Source of the DNA: Candidatus Eremiobacteria bacterium
GTDB lineage: Bacteria > Vulcanimicrobiota > Vulcanimicrobiia > Vulcanimicrobiales > Vulcanimicrobiaceae
DNA length: 64,000 bases
Assembly (NCBI GenBank): GCA_963737065.1
Contig: CAVTRC010000001.1
Location: 1,088,001-1,152,000 of the forward strand
Direction of reading: 5' to 3'
Numbering within the stretch: the stretch's first letter is position 1; each line of letters starts with the position of its first letter. Below, one piece after another: positions 50,476 to 61,051 of this stretch. The notes below the pieces were generated by a model, which saw only the letters and a program-made list of their open reading frames with translations, was not told where the DNA came from and searched no databases. A program made the translations under genes and the position numbers.

Positions 50476-52236
50476 ATGCGATCTTTCAAATGCCTTTTCT
50501 TTATTGCGGCGGCGCTTGCATTCAGCGGTTTGACCGCCGCGACGGACGGCGGGATACCGAGCGGCTTCCAATGTGCGATGCGTCCGGTTGCAGCGATCGA
50601 TCTCGAAGGCACTGCCGTCGTCGACGGCCTGCCGTCGCATTTTTACGAACGCATCGATGTACGCACGGGCTGGTACGTGCGGCGATGGTCGTCCGCGTCC
50701 CGGGTAATCGCAGGGGGCGAGGGATTCGACGGGCAGCACTGGTGGTCGCAAGACCTCTCCGGCGCATCGCACGAGCTTGATGCTCCGAGCGCAAAAGCAT
50801 TGGTGAGAACTATCGCTTGGTTCAATCGTCAAGCGTGGTGCGCGCAGTTGAAAGACGGCACGTTCAGCGTTATGCCGCCGGGAGGTGCACGTATGACACT
50901 CACAGTGTCGGGACGGCAAATCGTTCGAACCGTAGTCGTTCTCCCTGAAGACCACGAAATTCAGACCTTCTCCGACTGGCGCGTCGTCGACGGAATGCGC
51001 GTGCCGTTTGCTCGACGCGTCGATTATCCCGAAGACGATTATCAGGAGACATGGGCCGTGTCGCGCGTCGTGACTTCGCGCAGCGCACTTATGCGGCGCG
51101 CCTTTGCATCGCCGGCGCCGCCAAATGATTTCAGTACGATAAATGCGGCCGACGCGGTGACGATGCCACTGCACATCGCCTATGATAAGCCCCGGATCTC
51201 GATACGATTGAACGGCCGCGGACCGTTCACGTACGTACTGGATTCCGGCGGACATTTTATCGCTACGCCGGCGACGGCACGAACCGCAGGGCTAGAGGGA
51301 ATCGGTTCCGCGAACGAGAGCGGAGCAGGGACAGCGCTTCTTCAGACTCGCTTCGCCCGCGTAGGCCAAGTGGACATCGGAAAGGCGTTCATCAAGGATC
51401 AAGTAGCGAAAATCATTCCCTACTCGCATGCACGCCTCGAACGTGCGGCACTTCCGAGCGCGACCGGATGGTTGGGACTTGAAACGTTCGAACGTTTCGC
51501 GGTAACGATGGATCCCTTGCGAGAGTCACTGACGCTTTCGCCGTTCGAGCATGCGTTTGCGCCGAAAGGCGTTCGCGTACCGATCGTCTTTGACGAAGAT
51601 GCGCCGCTCATTTCTTGCACCATCGCCGGCAAGCGGGGACTCTGCATGATCGATACGGGCAATGCATCGAATACAATCGTCGAAGGCCATTGGGTTGAGC
51701 AAAGCGCCTTAAGCGACCGGTTGAAACGCGGGTTGTATGCCGGCGACAATACGTGGGTGTCGCGTGCGGATATCCGTATCGGCTCGCTCGACCTTCCAAA
51801 CGAAGTTGTGGAATATTCTCCGCCGGCGTTGCGAGGATCTGAATCGACGACAACGGTCGCCGCGATTCTAAGCGAGGATGTTCTGCGCCGTTTCGTGCTC
51901 ACACTGAACTACGATCAGCACGCGGCCTGGTTTAAGCCAATATCAGGCGCAACGGCTCGCTCGTTCAATACAACCGGCATCGAAGGCGCCAAACAGCGCG
52001 ACGGCACATTCCGCATCGCATACGTAATCGCCGGATCGCCTGCTGCACAACACTCGATCAAAGCGGGCGATGAGATCCGGACCATGAACGGCGTGGACGT
52101 ACGCAAGATTTCGTCGCCGAAGTTCCGTGAGTGGAACGCGGCGGCGGCCGGTTGCATTGTCACGTTGAGGATTCGCACGAGAACCGGCGCGATGCGAATG
52201 GTGCGCATGAAGACGATCGACCTTTTACCGCGATAG
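50476..52236 (+). CDS. Secreted twin retropepsin-like aspartyl protease with PDZ
   Basis: VLDSGG and MIDTGN; C-terminal GSPA...GDEI..NG. Confidence 0.82.
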   Translation: MRSFKCLFFIAAALAFSGLTAATDGGIPSGFQCAMRPVAAIDLEGTAVVDGLPSHFYERIDVRTGWYVRRWSSASRVIAGGEGFDGQHWWSQDLSGASHELDAPSAKALVRTIAWFNRQAWCAQLKDGTFSVMPPGGARMTLTVSGRQIVRTVVVLPEDHEIQTFSDWRVVDGMRVPFARRVDYPEDDYQETWAVSRVVTSRSALMRRAFASPAPPNDFSTINAADAVTMPLHIAYDKPRISIRLNGRGPFTYVLDSGGHFIATPATARTAGLEGIGSANESGAGTALLQTRFARVGQVDIGKAFIKDQVAKIIPYSHARLERAALPSATGWLGLETFERFAVTMDPLRESLTLSPFEHAFAPKGVRVPIVFDEDAPLISCTIAGKRGLCMIDTGNASNTIVEGHWVEQSALSDRLKRGLYAGDNTWVSRADIRIGSLDLPNEVVEYSPPALRGSESTTTVAAILSEDVLRRFVLTLNYDQHAAWFKPISGATARSFNTTGIEGAKQRDGTFRIAYVIAGSPAAQHSIKAGDEIRTMNGVDVRKISSPKFREWNAAAAGCIVTLRIRTRTGAMRMVRMKTIDLLPR

Positions 52237-52302
52237 ACGCACGAACCGGCGATCGCGGGGGCGTCGCATGCTTACGTCGGCCTAGGCGATACGTGCGCGC
52301 CA

Positions 52303-54399
52303 TCAGGCGTTCCGTGCGATGGTCACGATCATGACCGGTTCATCGTGCGCGCGGCCCGACGTTTCTTCTTTCGCGAGCGACAACGCTTGACCGACGTTTG
52401 CGAGGCCGCTGAAATCGGCAATCTTTCCGCCATGGATTACAAAGAGTTCAGGCAATGCGCGGCCGACGTCACCGAACGACGTCGCCGCTTCAATTGCTCG
52501 CGGCAGCGCCTCGTCGAGCGCTCCCGCGGTCGTACGCTCGAACTCGGCGTCGCGCACCGCGAGGCGAACGACGGCGCGTTCATCGACGATTCGAACGTCT
52601 CGCGCGCAGACGAAGGCGTCGAGCAGAGCCGTGCACGCGATTCGCTCGACGGATGCGATATCGACGCCCATTGCATGGGCGGCAGCCGCGCGGCGCTGCT
52701 CCACGTCGTAGGTGCCGTGTCCGGCCGCTTCCACCATCGCGGTCGCGCCGGACGCCGTCGCGCGCACGCGATTGCGCTGCGGGTCAATTTCGACGCTGAC
52801 CTCGATCCGGTCGGGCGATGCACCGGAGGCGATAACACGATCCGCGGCCTCGGTTCGGATACGCACGATGTCGTCGGGCGTGGGATCGACGATCGTTCGT
52901 TCGACCACGTCGCGCACGAGCGCAAGCGCAACGCCGATCGGCGAGATAACATCCGCATCACGCGCGATGCGATAACGGAATTCGCCGGCTTGCGCAACGA
53001 ACGGCACCAGCGCCGCCGCGCCGCCCCCGCCGCCGACCAAAACGAGGCGGTCGCGCGGTAATTCGTAATCAGCGATCAACTCATCGATCAACGGCAGCAC
53101 TTTTGCCGATGCGAGTTCGAGCATTCGCCGTGCAAGCGCTTCCGCCGTAGCGTTGCACTCGCGCGCAAGTACATCGAACGCCGCCCGCGCGGAGCCCGTG
53201 TTTCCGCGTGCGAATGCGTCGTCGGGGACGTAGCCGAGAAGATTGCTCGCGCACGTCGGCGTCACCGTCGCAAACGACCCGTCGGACAAAATGAACCGCA
53301 CGTAATCGGGCGGATCGTGCGGCGTTGGTGCGAAGCGCTCGATGCGCGCGCTCGCGAAGGCGCGCTCGTCGAGAAACGTCGCGTACTGACAGCCGGCGAT
53401 GTGCGCGGAACGCGGCCCCACGTCGATCAGCTCTTTCGCGTTCATGCGCGGCATACTGCCGCCCGCGACACCGAGCGTGCGCGAATCGATCGTCCGCAAC
53501 ATCGTACGATGGCCGCCAACCCGCGCGGGACGCATCTGCGGTTGACCCGCCCGGATTGCCGACGCATCGACGCTCGTTCCGCCCACTTCGAGAAATATAC
53601 CGTCCGTCACGTTTTCGTAGAGTAACGCACCGGCGACGCCGGCCGCCGGACCGGAGAGCATCGTGAGAATCGGCCGGCGTTCAATCTCGGCAACGTCCAT
53701 GACGCCGCCGTCCGAACGCATGATCATGAGCGGGGCGGCAATCGTGGCGTGTTCGACTGCCTGCGCCGTCATCGTTGCCGTGCGCACCATTTTCGGAAGA
53801 ATCGCCGCGTTCAACGCAGCGGTGCGCGTGCGCGCGCGCAAACCGTACATCGACGAAACATCGTGGCCGCTCGTCGCAAAGAGTCCACGCGCGCGCGCAG
53901 CCGTCATCACGCGTCCTTCACGATCGGGCGCGTCCACGCCGAACGCTTCGCTCGCAGCAATCACTTCGACGCCATCTCGAGCGAGCGAGGCGACCGCAGC
54001 GTCAACGGCGTCGCCATTGCCGTGAACGAATATAAATCGAGGCGCAAACTCGACGCCGGGCGCGAGCGTGACCGGGCGAAACCGCATCTGCGCGCGCGCA
54101 AGCCACCCGCCACGTTGCGTAACCCCGACGACGCCCACCTTCGCGACGTCACCCTCGAGCAATGCATTCGTCGCCTGCGTTGTTGAATGCGCGATGAAGG
54201 CGACGTCGTCCGGTGCAACGCCGCTGCCCGAGAGGAGCCGTTCGATTCCGGCAATGATGCCGGCGGCGACACCGTTCGTCGCATCGTGCGTCGTCGGAAC
54301 TTTCACCTTTGCGACCAATTCACGCGTGGCGGCATCGATGGCGACGACGTCGGTAAACGTTCCGCCCACGTCGACGCCGAGCCGCAGCTTGCGTCGCAA
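52303..54399 (-). CDS. Hydantoinase/oxoprolinase family protein (A-subunit type)
   Basis: GVDVGGTFTD, HSTTQATNALLE, SGPAAG and EVGGTS. Confidence 0.88.
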   Translation of the reverse strand: MRRKLRLGVDVGGTFTDVVAIDAATRELVAKVKVPTTHDATNGVAAGIIAGIERLLSGSGVAPDDVAFIAHSTTQATNALLEGDVAKVGVVGVTQRGGWLARAQMRFRPVTLAPGVEFAPRFIFVHGNGDAVDAAVASLARDGVEVIAASEAFGVDAPDREGRVMTAARARGLFATSGHDVSSMYGLRARTRTAALNAAILPKMVRTATMTAQAVEHATIAAPLMIMRSDGGVMDVAEIERRPILTMLSGPAAGVAGALLYENVTDGIFLEVGGTSVDASAIRAGQPQMRPARVGGHRTMLRTIDSRTLGVAGGSMPRMNAKELIDVGPRSAHIAGCQYATFLDERAFASARIERFAPTPHDPPDYVRFILSDGSFATVTPTCASNLLGYVPDDAFARGNTGSARAAFDVLARECNATAEALARRMLELASAKVLPLIDELIADYELPRDRLVLVGGGGGAAALVPFVAQAGEFRYRIARDADVISPIGVALALVRDVVERTIVDPTPDDIVRIRTEAADRVIASGASPDRIEVSVEIDPQRNRVRATASGATAMVEAAGHGTYDVEQRRAAAAHAMGVDIASVERIACTALLDAFVCARDVRIVDERAVVRLAVRDAEFERTTAGALDEALPRAIEAATSFGDVGRALPELFVIHGGKIADFSGLANVGQALSLAKEETSGRAHDEPVMIVTIARNA

Positions 54400-55305
54400 C
54401 TAAATCGGAAATTCGCGCGTCGCGTCGTACGCCGCGCGGCCAACGGCGGCGATAACCGCATCCCGCGCCGGTTCGTCGCCGTGCGCGTCCGCGAGCATCG
54501 CCACGATGATGACCGACCGGCCAAAGATATTCACGATGCCGACGTCGTTCGTCGCAGCCGTTACGCCGTTCGATGATGCCGACGTGCCCGTTTTATGCGC
54601 CACAAGCGTGCCGGCGGGGAACGCCGCGCGCAATCGCCCGGGGAACGTCGTGCTTTTCGCCAGCATGTCGAACAGCGTGGACTGCGAGTCTCGTGAGAGC
54701 AACCTTCCATTGTTGAAATCGGAAAGCAATGCGCTCAGAGCGGACGGTTTGGCGAATCCGTTGTCGCTCGCATCGATCAGAATGCCACCATATCCGAGCG
54801 CGCGCAGCTGCGCGTTTGCGCTATCCGCGCCACCGACGAGCCGGAGCAACGCTTTTGCCGCGGTATTGTCGCTGTTCTCGATCATGAGCCGGACGAGCTC
54901 CGAGAGCGCATATTGCGTGCGCGCGGGATAGTTCGTCGCGACGTCGCTCACCGTTTGCACTACATCGTCGGGTTGAATCGTCACTTCGCGCGCGCCTTCC
55001 AGCGTGCCGGCATCGATGGCGCGATAGATGAGGATCGCGATCGGCAGCTTTTGCACGCTCTGCATCGGCATTGATTCGTCGCCGTTGACCGAAGCCGTCG
55101 AACCGGTAGCAAGATCGATCACGACTGCACCGAGCGCGCCGCCGAGCTTCTTTGCGCGTGCCTGCGCATCGTCGATACCGTTCGATAGCAGTTCGCGCTC
55201 CGAGACCGGTGCGGGCGTTGCGGTTTGAACGATCGCCGGCGACGGCAGCGGAATCGGCGGCGTAGGAGTTGGCGGGAAGAGCTGAGCGAGCAGAAACGCG
55301 ATCAT
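54400..55305 (-). CDS. Class A beta-lactamase-like serine hydrolase
   Basis: SVQK, SDN and HKTG. Confidence 0.85.
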   Translation of the reverse strand: MIAFLLAQLFPPTPTPPIPLPSPAIVQTATPAPVSERELLSNGIDDAQARAKKLGGALGAVVIDLATGSTASVNGDESMPMQSVQKLPIAILIYRAIDAGTLEGAREVTIQPDDVVQTVSDVATNYPARTQYALSELVRLMIENSDNTAAKALLRLVGGADSANAQLRALGYGGILIDASDNGFAKPSALSALLSDFNNGRLLSRDSQSTLFDMLAKSTTFPGRLRAAFPAGTLVAHKTGTSASSNGVTAATNDVGIVNIFGRSVIIVAMLADAHGDEPARDAVIAAVGRAAYDATREFPI

Positions 55306-56687
55306 ACGGTAACGCTTCGAGCGATCTCGTCATAGAGTAACGTCATCGTTAGAATGCCGCCGAAGAACTGCGAAAGCGTGAACTTCTCATTCGGCGCGTG
55401 AATCTGATCGTCCGGCAGCCCGACGCCGATCAAAACTTGCGGCAATCTGAGAACGCGCGCGAAACTTGCGACCGGGCCGATCGAACCGCCCGTTCCGATG
55501 AAGACGGGCGGTTTACCGAATCCGGCTTCCATCGCGCGCGCCGCCGCGGCAACGACGGGATGATCGCGCGGAATGACGACGGCCGGCACGTCACCCGCGT
55601 GGTCGACTTCGACTCGGACGCCGCTCGGCGCGATGTGCGTGATGTACGCCGCAACGGCTTCACGAATGCGGGGCGGATCTTGATCGCCGACGAGGCGTGC
55701 GGAAATCTTCGCTTTCGCCCAGGACGGAATGATTGTCTTGCTCCCGGGACCTTGGTAGCCGCCCCAAATTCCGTTGCACTCGAGCGTCGGGCGAAACCAC
55801 ATGCGTTCCAGCGGCAGACGTCCGCTTTCGCCGGCGAGCGACGTGACGCCGAGCTGCGAAGCCTCTTTCGCTTCGTCGAACGGCAGTGTGCGCAGTTCGC
55901 CGAGCGCGGCCGGTTCGAGTTCCGGCACGCCCTCGTAAAAGCCGGGTACCATGACGCGGCCATCCGCGTTTTTTAGTTCAGCGATAATATGCGCGAGCGC
56001 TTCAATCGGATTGCGAACGATGCCGCCGAAATATCCGGAGTGGACATCGGCCGACGGCCCGTGGACTGTAATCTCCCAGTGCACGAGCCCGCGTACGCTC
56101 GTCGTCAACGACGGAACGTCTTCCGCGTATACGGCCGTATCGCTGATCACGGCGACGTCCGCGGTGAAAAGATCGTTGTAGCGCTCGAGTGCAGCCTCGA
56201 AGTTCGGCGAGCCGATTTCCTCTTCGCCTTCCACGACGACTTTGACGTTCACGGGAAGGCGGCCGCGCGTGCGCATGTGCGCTTCGATCGCGGCGAGGTG
56301 CATCGATACTTGGCCCTTGTCGTCAACGGCGCCGCGACCGAAGATCTTTCCGTCGCGCACCGTGCCTTCGAACGGCGGCGTCGTCCACAGCTCCACCGGA
56401 TCGGCCGGCTGCACGTCGTAGTGTCCGTAGATCAGCACGGTCGGTGAGCCGGGCGCGCCCATCCATTGACCGAAAGCAATCGGATTGCCGCCCGTTTCGA
56501 GCACTTGCGCATCGAGTCCGATTTCGCGCATGCGTTCGACCAAGCGCGCGCAGCAGCGCGCTACGTCGTCGCGATGACTCGGATCGGCGGAAATCGACGG
56601 AATGGCGATCCAGCGCTTCAGCTCATCGAGGTGCGAATCGCGATGCGTTTCGCAGTATTGCGCTAAGTCCGAATCGATCGTGTGCAT
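55302..56687 (-). CDS. M20 dipeptidase
   Basis: YGHYDVQP, GRGAVDDKG, EGEEE and HAPNE. Confidence 0.93.
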   Translation of the reverse strand: MHTIDSDLAQYCETHRDSHLDELKRWIAIPSISADPSHRDDVARCCARLVERMREIGLDAQVLETGGNPIAFGQWMGAPGSPTVLIYGHYDVQPADPVELWTTPPFEGTVRDGKIFGRGAVDDKGQVSMHLAAIEAHMRTRGRLPVNVKVVVEGEEEIGSPNFEAALERYNDLFTADVAVISDTAVYAEDVPSLTTSVRGLVHWEITVHGPSADVHSGYFGGIVRNPIEALAHIIAELKNADGRVMVPGFYEGVPELEPAALGELRTLPFDEAKEASQLGVTSLAGESGRLPLERMWFRPTLECNGIWGGYQGPGSKTIIPSWAKAKISARLVGDQDPPRIREAVAAYITHIAPSGVRVEVDHAGDVPAVVIPRDHPVVAAAARAMEAGFGKPPVFIGTGGSIGPVASFARVLRLPQVLIGVGLPDDQIHAPNEKFTLSQFFGGILTMTLLYDEIARSVTV

Positions 56688-56703
56688 ACGGTACTAACGA
56701 ACC

Positions 56704-58701
56704 TCAAGACGACGGAACGTACGGCGCTCCAAGTTGGACTTCGACGGAAGTGCCGTTTCGCTCTACCTCAAACGAATGCGGCTTGCCGTCGTATGCGCGG
56801 AGTTGCGTCTGATACGTGCCATATTCCCACCAAAACCTTCCGTCCACTTTGTCGACCACGTCGTTCGTGCGTAGCCCCGCGACGTACGCCGGTCCGCCCG
56901 CACGGACGTAGGTGCGCATATTGCCGTCGACGGTCTTGAAGAGCGCGTAGTAGTACGTTGGTGGATCGCCCGCGACTGCGGCGAGGCCGTTGTCGAGTAA
57001 GGCGGTCGCGCGTGGCGAGCCTGACGCCCACGCGAGCAATCGCGCCACACCTTGCGCCGCGAGTTGATCTGCGAGCGCGGGCGTGGCCGCTGGGGCGGTG
57101 GCGTGATCGTGCCATTCATCAACGATCCATCCGCCGCAATCTTCCAGCCGCACGCCGACATCGAGGTCGCTTCCCTCGATCAATTCGAACGTCGATGTGG
57201 ACACGAACACGTACGCAGCGTACGGTTTGCGCGCGCAGTCCTTCGCATCGGGATCGTCGTGATGCGAAAACGCGTGCATCGACGCACGCTGCAGGTCGTG
57301 AACCACAGCGGTCGCCGCCGCTCGCGAGAGTGCTGCTCCGTCGTCATCTACCGCGATCTTTCCGCGGGCGCTCGGTTGAGCAAAGAATCCCGGCGCGGTC
57401 TGCGCGTCTGCCGGTGCGACGGCGAACGCGAACGGCTGCGTGCCGAAGAGCGGAACGCTCGCAAACACCGCGAGAATCGCCGCAGCGGTTGCTACGCCTA
57501 CTTGATACGGCAACGTACGTTTCGTGATCGTATCGGTCGGAACGCCCGTGAAGTTCGCCACCCAAACGTTAGCGGTGTTTGTCGGATCGCACACGTTTTG
57601 CACTTGTACGACGGCCATCACCGCAGCGACCAGCACGATGGGCGGTAACGCGTGCGACGCGAGCAGCACCGTAAAGACCGCGATGCCGACGCCGAATGGA
57701 TTGAGCGGTCCGCGGTAGAGTGTCAGCGGGCTGAGCAGTCCGAAAAGCGCAACGAATGCAATCGGATTGTGAATCCACGCCCCGCTAACGAGTGGGCCCA
57801 TTGCAGAGGCGACTTGCGGCGCTTTCGTCGCCTGCAGCAACATCCCGATCCCAATGAAAAGCAGGACCGCAGGCGCGACGTCTTCGACGCCGCGAATCGC
57901 AGCGGCAACGAGCGTCGGAATCGCGCGCTGCGGACGTGTTACCAGCACGCCGAAGATTGAAGAGAGCGCAAATGCCAGCATCGTGTCGAGCCGTAAAGCA
58001 AAATAGAGAACGATCGGAAGCACCGGCGTGAGCAACGCGATTGCGGGAACTCCGGCGGCGCGATCGCCTTCCGCCTTGAGCGCCCACGTCGCGTATCCGC
58101 GCTCGCGGCGGAACGAAATCGCCGCATACACGATAAGCGCCGCCGCGTCGACGGCGGCGAGCAGCATGGCAAAATGCGCGAGCTGTTGCGGCAGCACACC
58201 AAAGAGCTGCGTGTAGAACTTCCAGTTCGTCAGGTTGAAGATGAAACCGAGCGCGAACGACATCAGAAACATCGTCGCCGCAATCGTACGCGGAACGCCG
58301 GTCGTCATCATGATCGGTAACACGATCGAGCCGACCATGATGATCGCGCCGAGCCCGGACAGCGACGTAAAGAGCAATGCGACGACCGCGCACAGCACGA
58401 GCGCGAGTATGAGGGGCTGTTCGCCGCCGTACTCGGCTGCCAGATTGACGAGCGCTCGCGCTATCCCGGTGTCCAGCGTCACGCGGGCGAGCAACGCACC
58501 GAAGATGACCGTCACATAGACGGGCGCAAGCGACGATGCACCGGCGACCACGAGCGAAGCGATCTGCGGAAGAGGAACGCGCACGACGAGCATCATCGCG
58601 ACGGCCATCGATGGAACGGCCACGATCGCGGGCATCCACCGGCGGAACATCATCACGGCGAACGCGGCAAAGACGCCGAGCACGAGAAGCGCCCCGATCA
58701 C
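56704..58701 (-). CDS. Ion-transporter-superfamily permease fused to an extracellular domain and PDZ
   Basis: About 12 TM helices with DPTNT; C-terminal GGPAYVAGLRTNDVVDKVDG. Confidence 0.8.
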   Translation of the reverse strand: MIGALLVLGVFAAFAVMMFRRWMPAIVAVPSMAVAMMLVVRVPLPQIASLVVAGASSLAPVYVTVIFGALLARVTLDTGIARALVNLAAEYGGEQPLILALVLCAVVALLFTSLSGLGAIIMVGSIVLPIMMTTGVPRTIAATMFLMSFALGFIFNLTNWKFYTQLFGVLPQQLAHFAMLLAAVDAAALIVYAAISFRRERGYATWALKAEGDRAAGVPAIALLTPVLPIVLYFALRLDTMLAFALSSIFGVLVTRPQRAIPTLVAAAIRGVEDVAPAVLLFIGIGMLLQATKAPQVASAMGPLVSGAWIHNPIAFVALFGLLSPLTLYRGPLNPFGVGIAVFTVLLASHALPPIVLVAAVMAVVQVQNVCDPTNTANVWVANFTGVPTDTITKRTLPYQVGVATAAAILAVFASVPLFGTQPFAFAVAPADAQTAPGFFAQPSARGKIAVDDDGAALSRAAATAVVHDLQRASMHAFSHHDDPDAKDCARKPYAAYVFVSTSTFELIEGSDLDVGVRLEDCGGWIVDEWHDHATAPAATPALADQLAAQGVARLLAWASGSPRATALLDNGLAAVAGDPPTYYYALFKTVDGNMRTYVRAGGPAYVAGLRTNDVVDKVDGRFWWEYGTYQTQLRAYDGKPHSFEVERNGTSVEVQLGAPYVPSS

Positions 58702-60599
58702 TGAATGATACTTTCGAGCTCCGGGAGCGCCTTTTTCGCTTCGTAGAATTGATACGTTACGCGGTCGATCGCATCGGCGCGGCGGATCGCGGTTTGCGCG
58801 TCAATATGATAGCGCTCGAGGTTGCTCGCGAGGTGGCTCTCGCGATCCTCGTACCTCCACGCGCGCGCATAAAGCGGCTCTAGCACCTCGTCCGAATCGC
58901 GTTGCTCCCAGAACCAATACTTGCACCAGTAGAAATCGCGTTCCGCATTGGCCGGGTGCGTCTTCGCGTCATCGTAGTAGAAGCGTACTTCCCGTGCAAT
59001 TTGATAACGGCGTCCAAGAGCATCATAACGGCGCGCGGCGAGCAACATCACGTCCGCAGCGTTTGCATGCAGTGGCGGATGCGCGAAATACAAGTCGGCT
59101 TCGACCTGCTCTGCCGCGAGTCGCAGCGCGGAAAGATCGACGTTCGCCATGCGCGACGCGCTCCATGGATCGAACGGATCGGCCCAAAAGCGTTTGTTGC
59201 TCGGCTGGGGCATACGCGCGTCCATTGCTCCAAGTATGTCGATGTCGCGCGTGTAGCGTGGGTCGTCAACGCCGAAAAAGGCCGAGGCAAAATCGCGTTG
59301 GAAGCTTGCCGATGCGGAGTTTCCTCCCCACGCGAGCGCGCCGGAATAGAGAACGGGATACCACGTCGACTCGAAGAGCGTCTCACCATCGTCGTGCCAG
59401 ACCGTTTGAAACAACCCGAACACGTGCGCGTCGATACCCTCGCTGATGAAGCGTGCTTCGTTCGGTAGCGCAGCCTGTAAATCGGGGAAGATTTCGTTCC
59501 AATTGTTGGCTCCCGGCGCGACCATTTGGTCGAAGCCGCCATTGGCGATCGTCGAAATGTACCGCATGTACGACGGCTCAGCGCCATAGTGCCAGTTCAC
59601 GATCACGGCATTCTTTGGAATGTGCTGCATGATCGACGGATCGCTCTCGATGCCATCGTCCCAGAGCATCACCCGCGCCGGCGCCACGAGTCGCGCCATA
59701 TCCCTGATGTGCGCGGCGTACACAGCAGAGCGTCCGCCGTTCGCATGGACGTACGCGGTCGTTTGCCCTTCGCCCAGCGTCGCGGTCTCGTCGGAGCCGA
59801 TGTGAAAAAACGGCACATCGCCGACCGCTGCACGTTCTTGCCCGATAATGCGCGCAAGGTACTCATTGGTCTCGCTCACATTGGGCGAAAGCAAAAACCC
59901 GTGCGGAAACTCGGCCATGTTGGCGTACCGCTCGACACGCAGCGTATTGTGCATGTGCGCGAACGTCTGTTGTTCCGGAATGAACGTAACGTGGTAGCGA
60001 GCCGCGTATCTTTTGAGTTCGCGCAGTTGTGCGGGTGTGATACCGTCGAGCGGCGCCGGAAGCGGATCGGTCGGGCTCAAGAAGACGTGCTCGATATACG
60101 GCGAGTAGCCGTTCATCTTGAACGCTGCGATCGTGCGAATTCTTTCCTTGAAATACCGCATCGTCGGCAATGGTCCACGCGAAACATCGTCGGAGAGCAC
60201 GCGCCATCGAAGCTTCGGCGCATCGACGATCTTCACGCACGGCAACTGCCACCGGCCATCGACCCGCACGGGCAGTTGCGCAAGCGTCATTGCGCCGTAG
60301 AACGCGCCGTCCGTGTCCGAACTCGCGATCGTTACGCCTGCAGCGTCGGCGCGCAGCCGGTAGCCTTGCGCCGCAATCGTCGCGTCACGTTCGAAACGCA
60401 CGCGCGCGTCGGTCATCGGCCGCAGCGGTTCAATGCCGACGGCGCGCCATCGCTCGTTCACCTCATCGAGCGCCGCTGCATCGATCGAGCGCGCGACCGT
60501 ACGCGGGACCGGCACGTACGCGCACGAGGCCGGTGTAACGGCGGCAGGCAATGGAATGACGTGAATCGCGACGATCGCGAAAACCGCGAACATCGTCAC
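58698..60599 (-). CDS. GH20 beta-N-acetylhexosaminidase
   Basis: DVSRG, FKMN, HIGSDE, MLWDD and TVW. Confidence 0.88.
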   Translation of the reverse strand: MTMFAVFAIVAIHVIPLPAAVTPASCAYVPVPRTVARSIDAAALDEVNERWRAVGIEPLRPMTDARVRFERDATIAAQGYRLRADAAGVTIASSDTDGAFYGAMTLAQLPVRVDGRWQLPCVKIVDAPKLRWRVLSDDVSRGPLPTMRYFKERIRTIAAFKMNGYSPYIEHVFLSPTDPLPAPLDGITPAQLRELKRYAARYHVTFIPEQQTFAHMHNTLRVERYANMAEFPHGFLLSPNVSETNEYLARIIGQERAAVGDVPFFHIGSDETATLGEGQTTAYVHANGGRSAVYAAHIRDMARLVAPARVMLWDDGIESDPSIMQHIPKNAVIVNWHYGAEPSYMRYISTIANGGFDQMVAPGANNWNEIFPDLQAALPNEARFISEGIDAHVFGLFQTVWHDDGETLFESTWYPVLYSGALAWGGNSASASFQRDFASAFFGVDDPRYTRDIDILGAMDARMPQPSNKRFWADPFDPWSASRMANVDLSALRLAAEQVEADLYFAHPPLHANAADVMLLAARRYDALGRRYQIAREVRFYYDDAKTHPANAERDFYWCKYWFWEQRDSDEVLEPLYARAWRYEDRESHLASNLERYHIDAQTAIRRADAIDRVTYQFYEAKKALPELESIIQ

Positions 60600-60994
60600 G
60601 AAGCGCCGGCGCGCACGAGCGCTGCGTCGCGCTCGTCGAACGCCGCCGCTAGGCGTGCGGCGTAGTCGTCCAGTGCGCCTGCCGTAATCGAGGGCGCGGA
60701 GTCGGCTAAGTCCAGCAACGCCGCATCCGCGTCGAGGAGTCCGGTCCCGTGGACCGATGTGCGGGACCATTCCAGCGGCGCGAGCGCGCGTTGGTTCGCG
60801 AAGGCCGCACGAACGATCGATGGGTCGAGGACGTCTGCGGCATCGGTGCGCTCGGTCTGCAAGCGGTCGCGCAATTCGGCGATGCGGACGCCGACGTACG
60901 CGCGCAGCTCCTCGTCCGACCTGATGAGGTCCGCCTCGGCCTCGTACCCGGGAAAATCGTTAATTTTTGTGCGGATTCGCTCCAGAACATCCAT
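60596..60994 (-). CDS. Hypothetical protein
   Basis: FPGY...RSDEELR; stop coupled to the GH20 start. Confidence 0.7.
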   Translation of the reverse strand: MDVLERIRTKINDFPGYEAEADLIRSDEELRAYVGVRIAELRDRLQTERTDAADVLDPSIVRAAFANQRALAPLEWSRTSVHGTGLLDADAALLDLADSAPSITAGALDDYAARLAAAFDERDAALVRAGAS

Positions 60995-61051
60995 TCCGAA
61001 GGCCATACGACGGGTAAGGCGAGCGCGCCTCGGGAAGACCCGTCGCGAGGA

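Noticed and set aside
54400..55305. Antibiotic resistance gene
   Set aside because: The deacylating Glu166 motif is absent.
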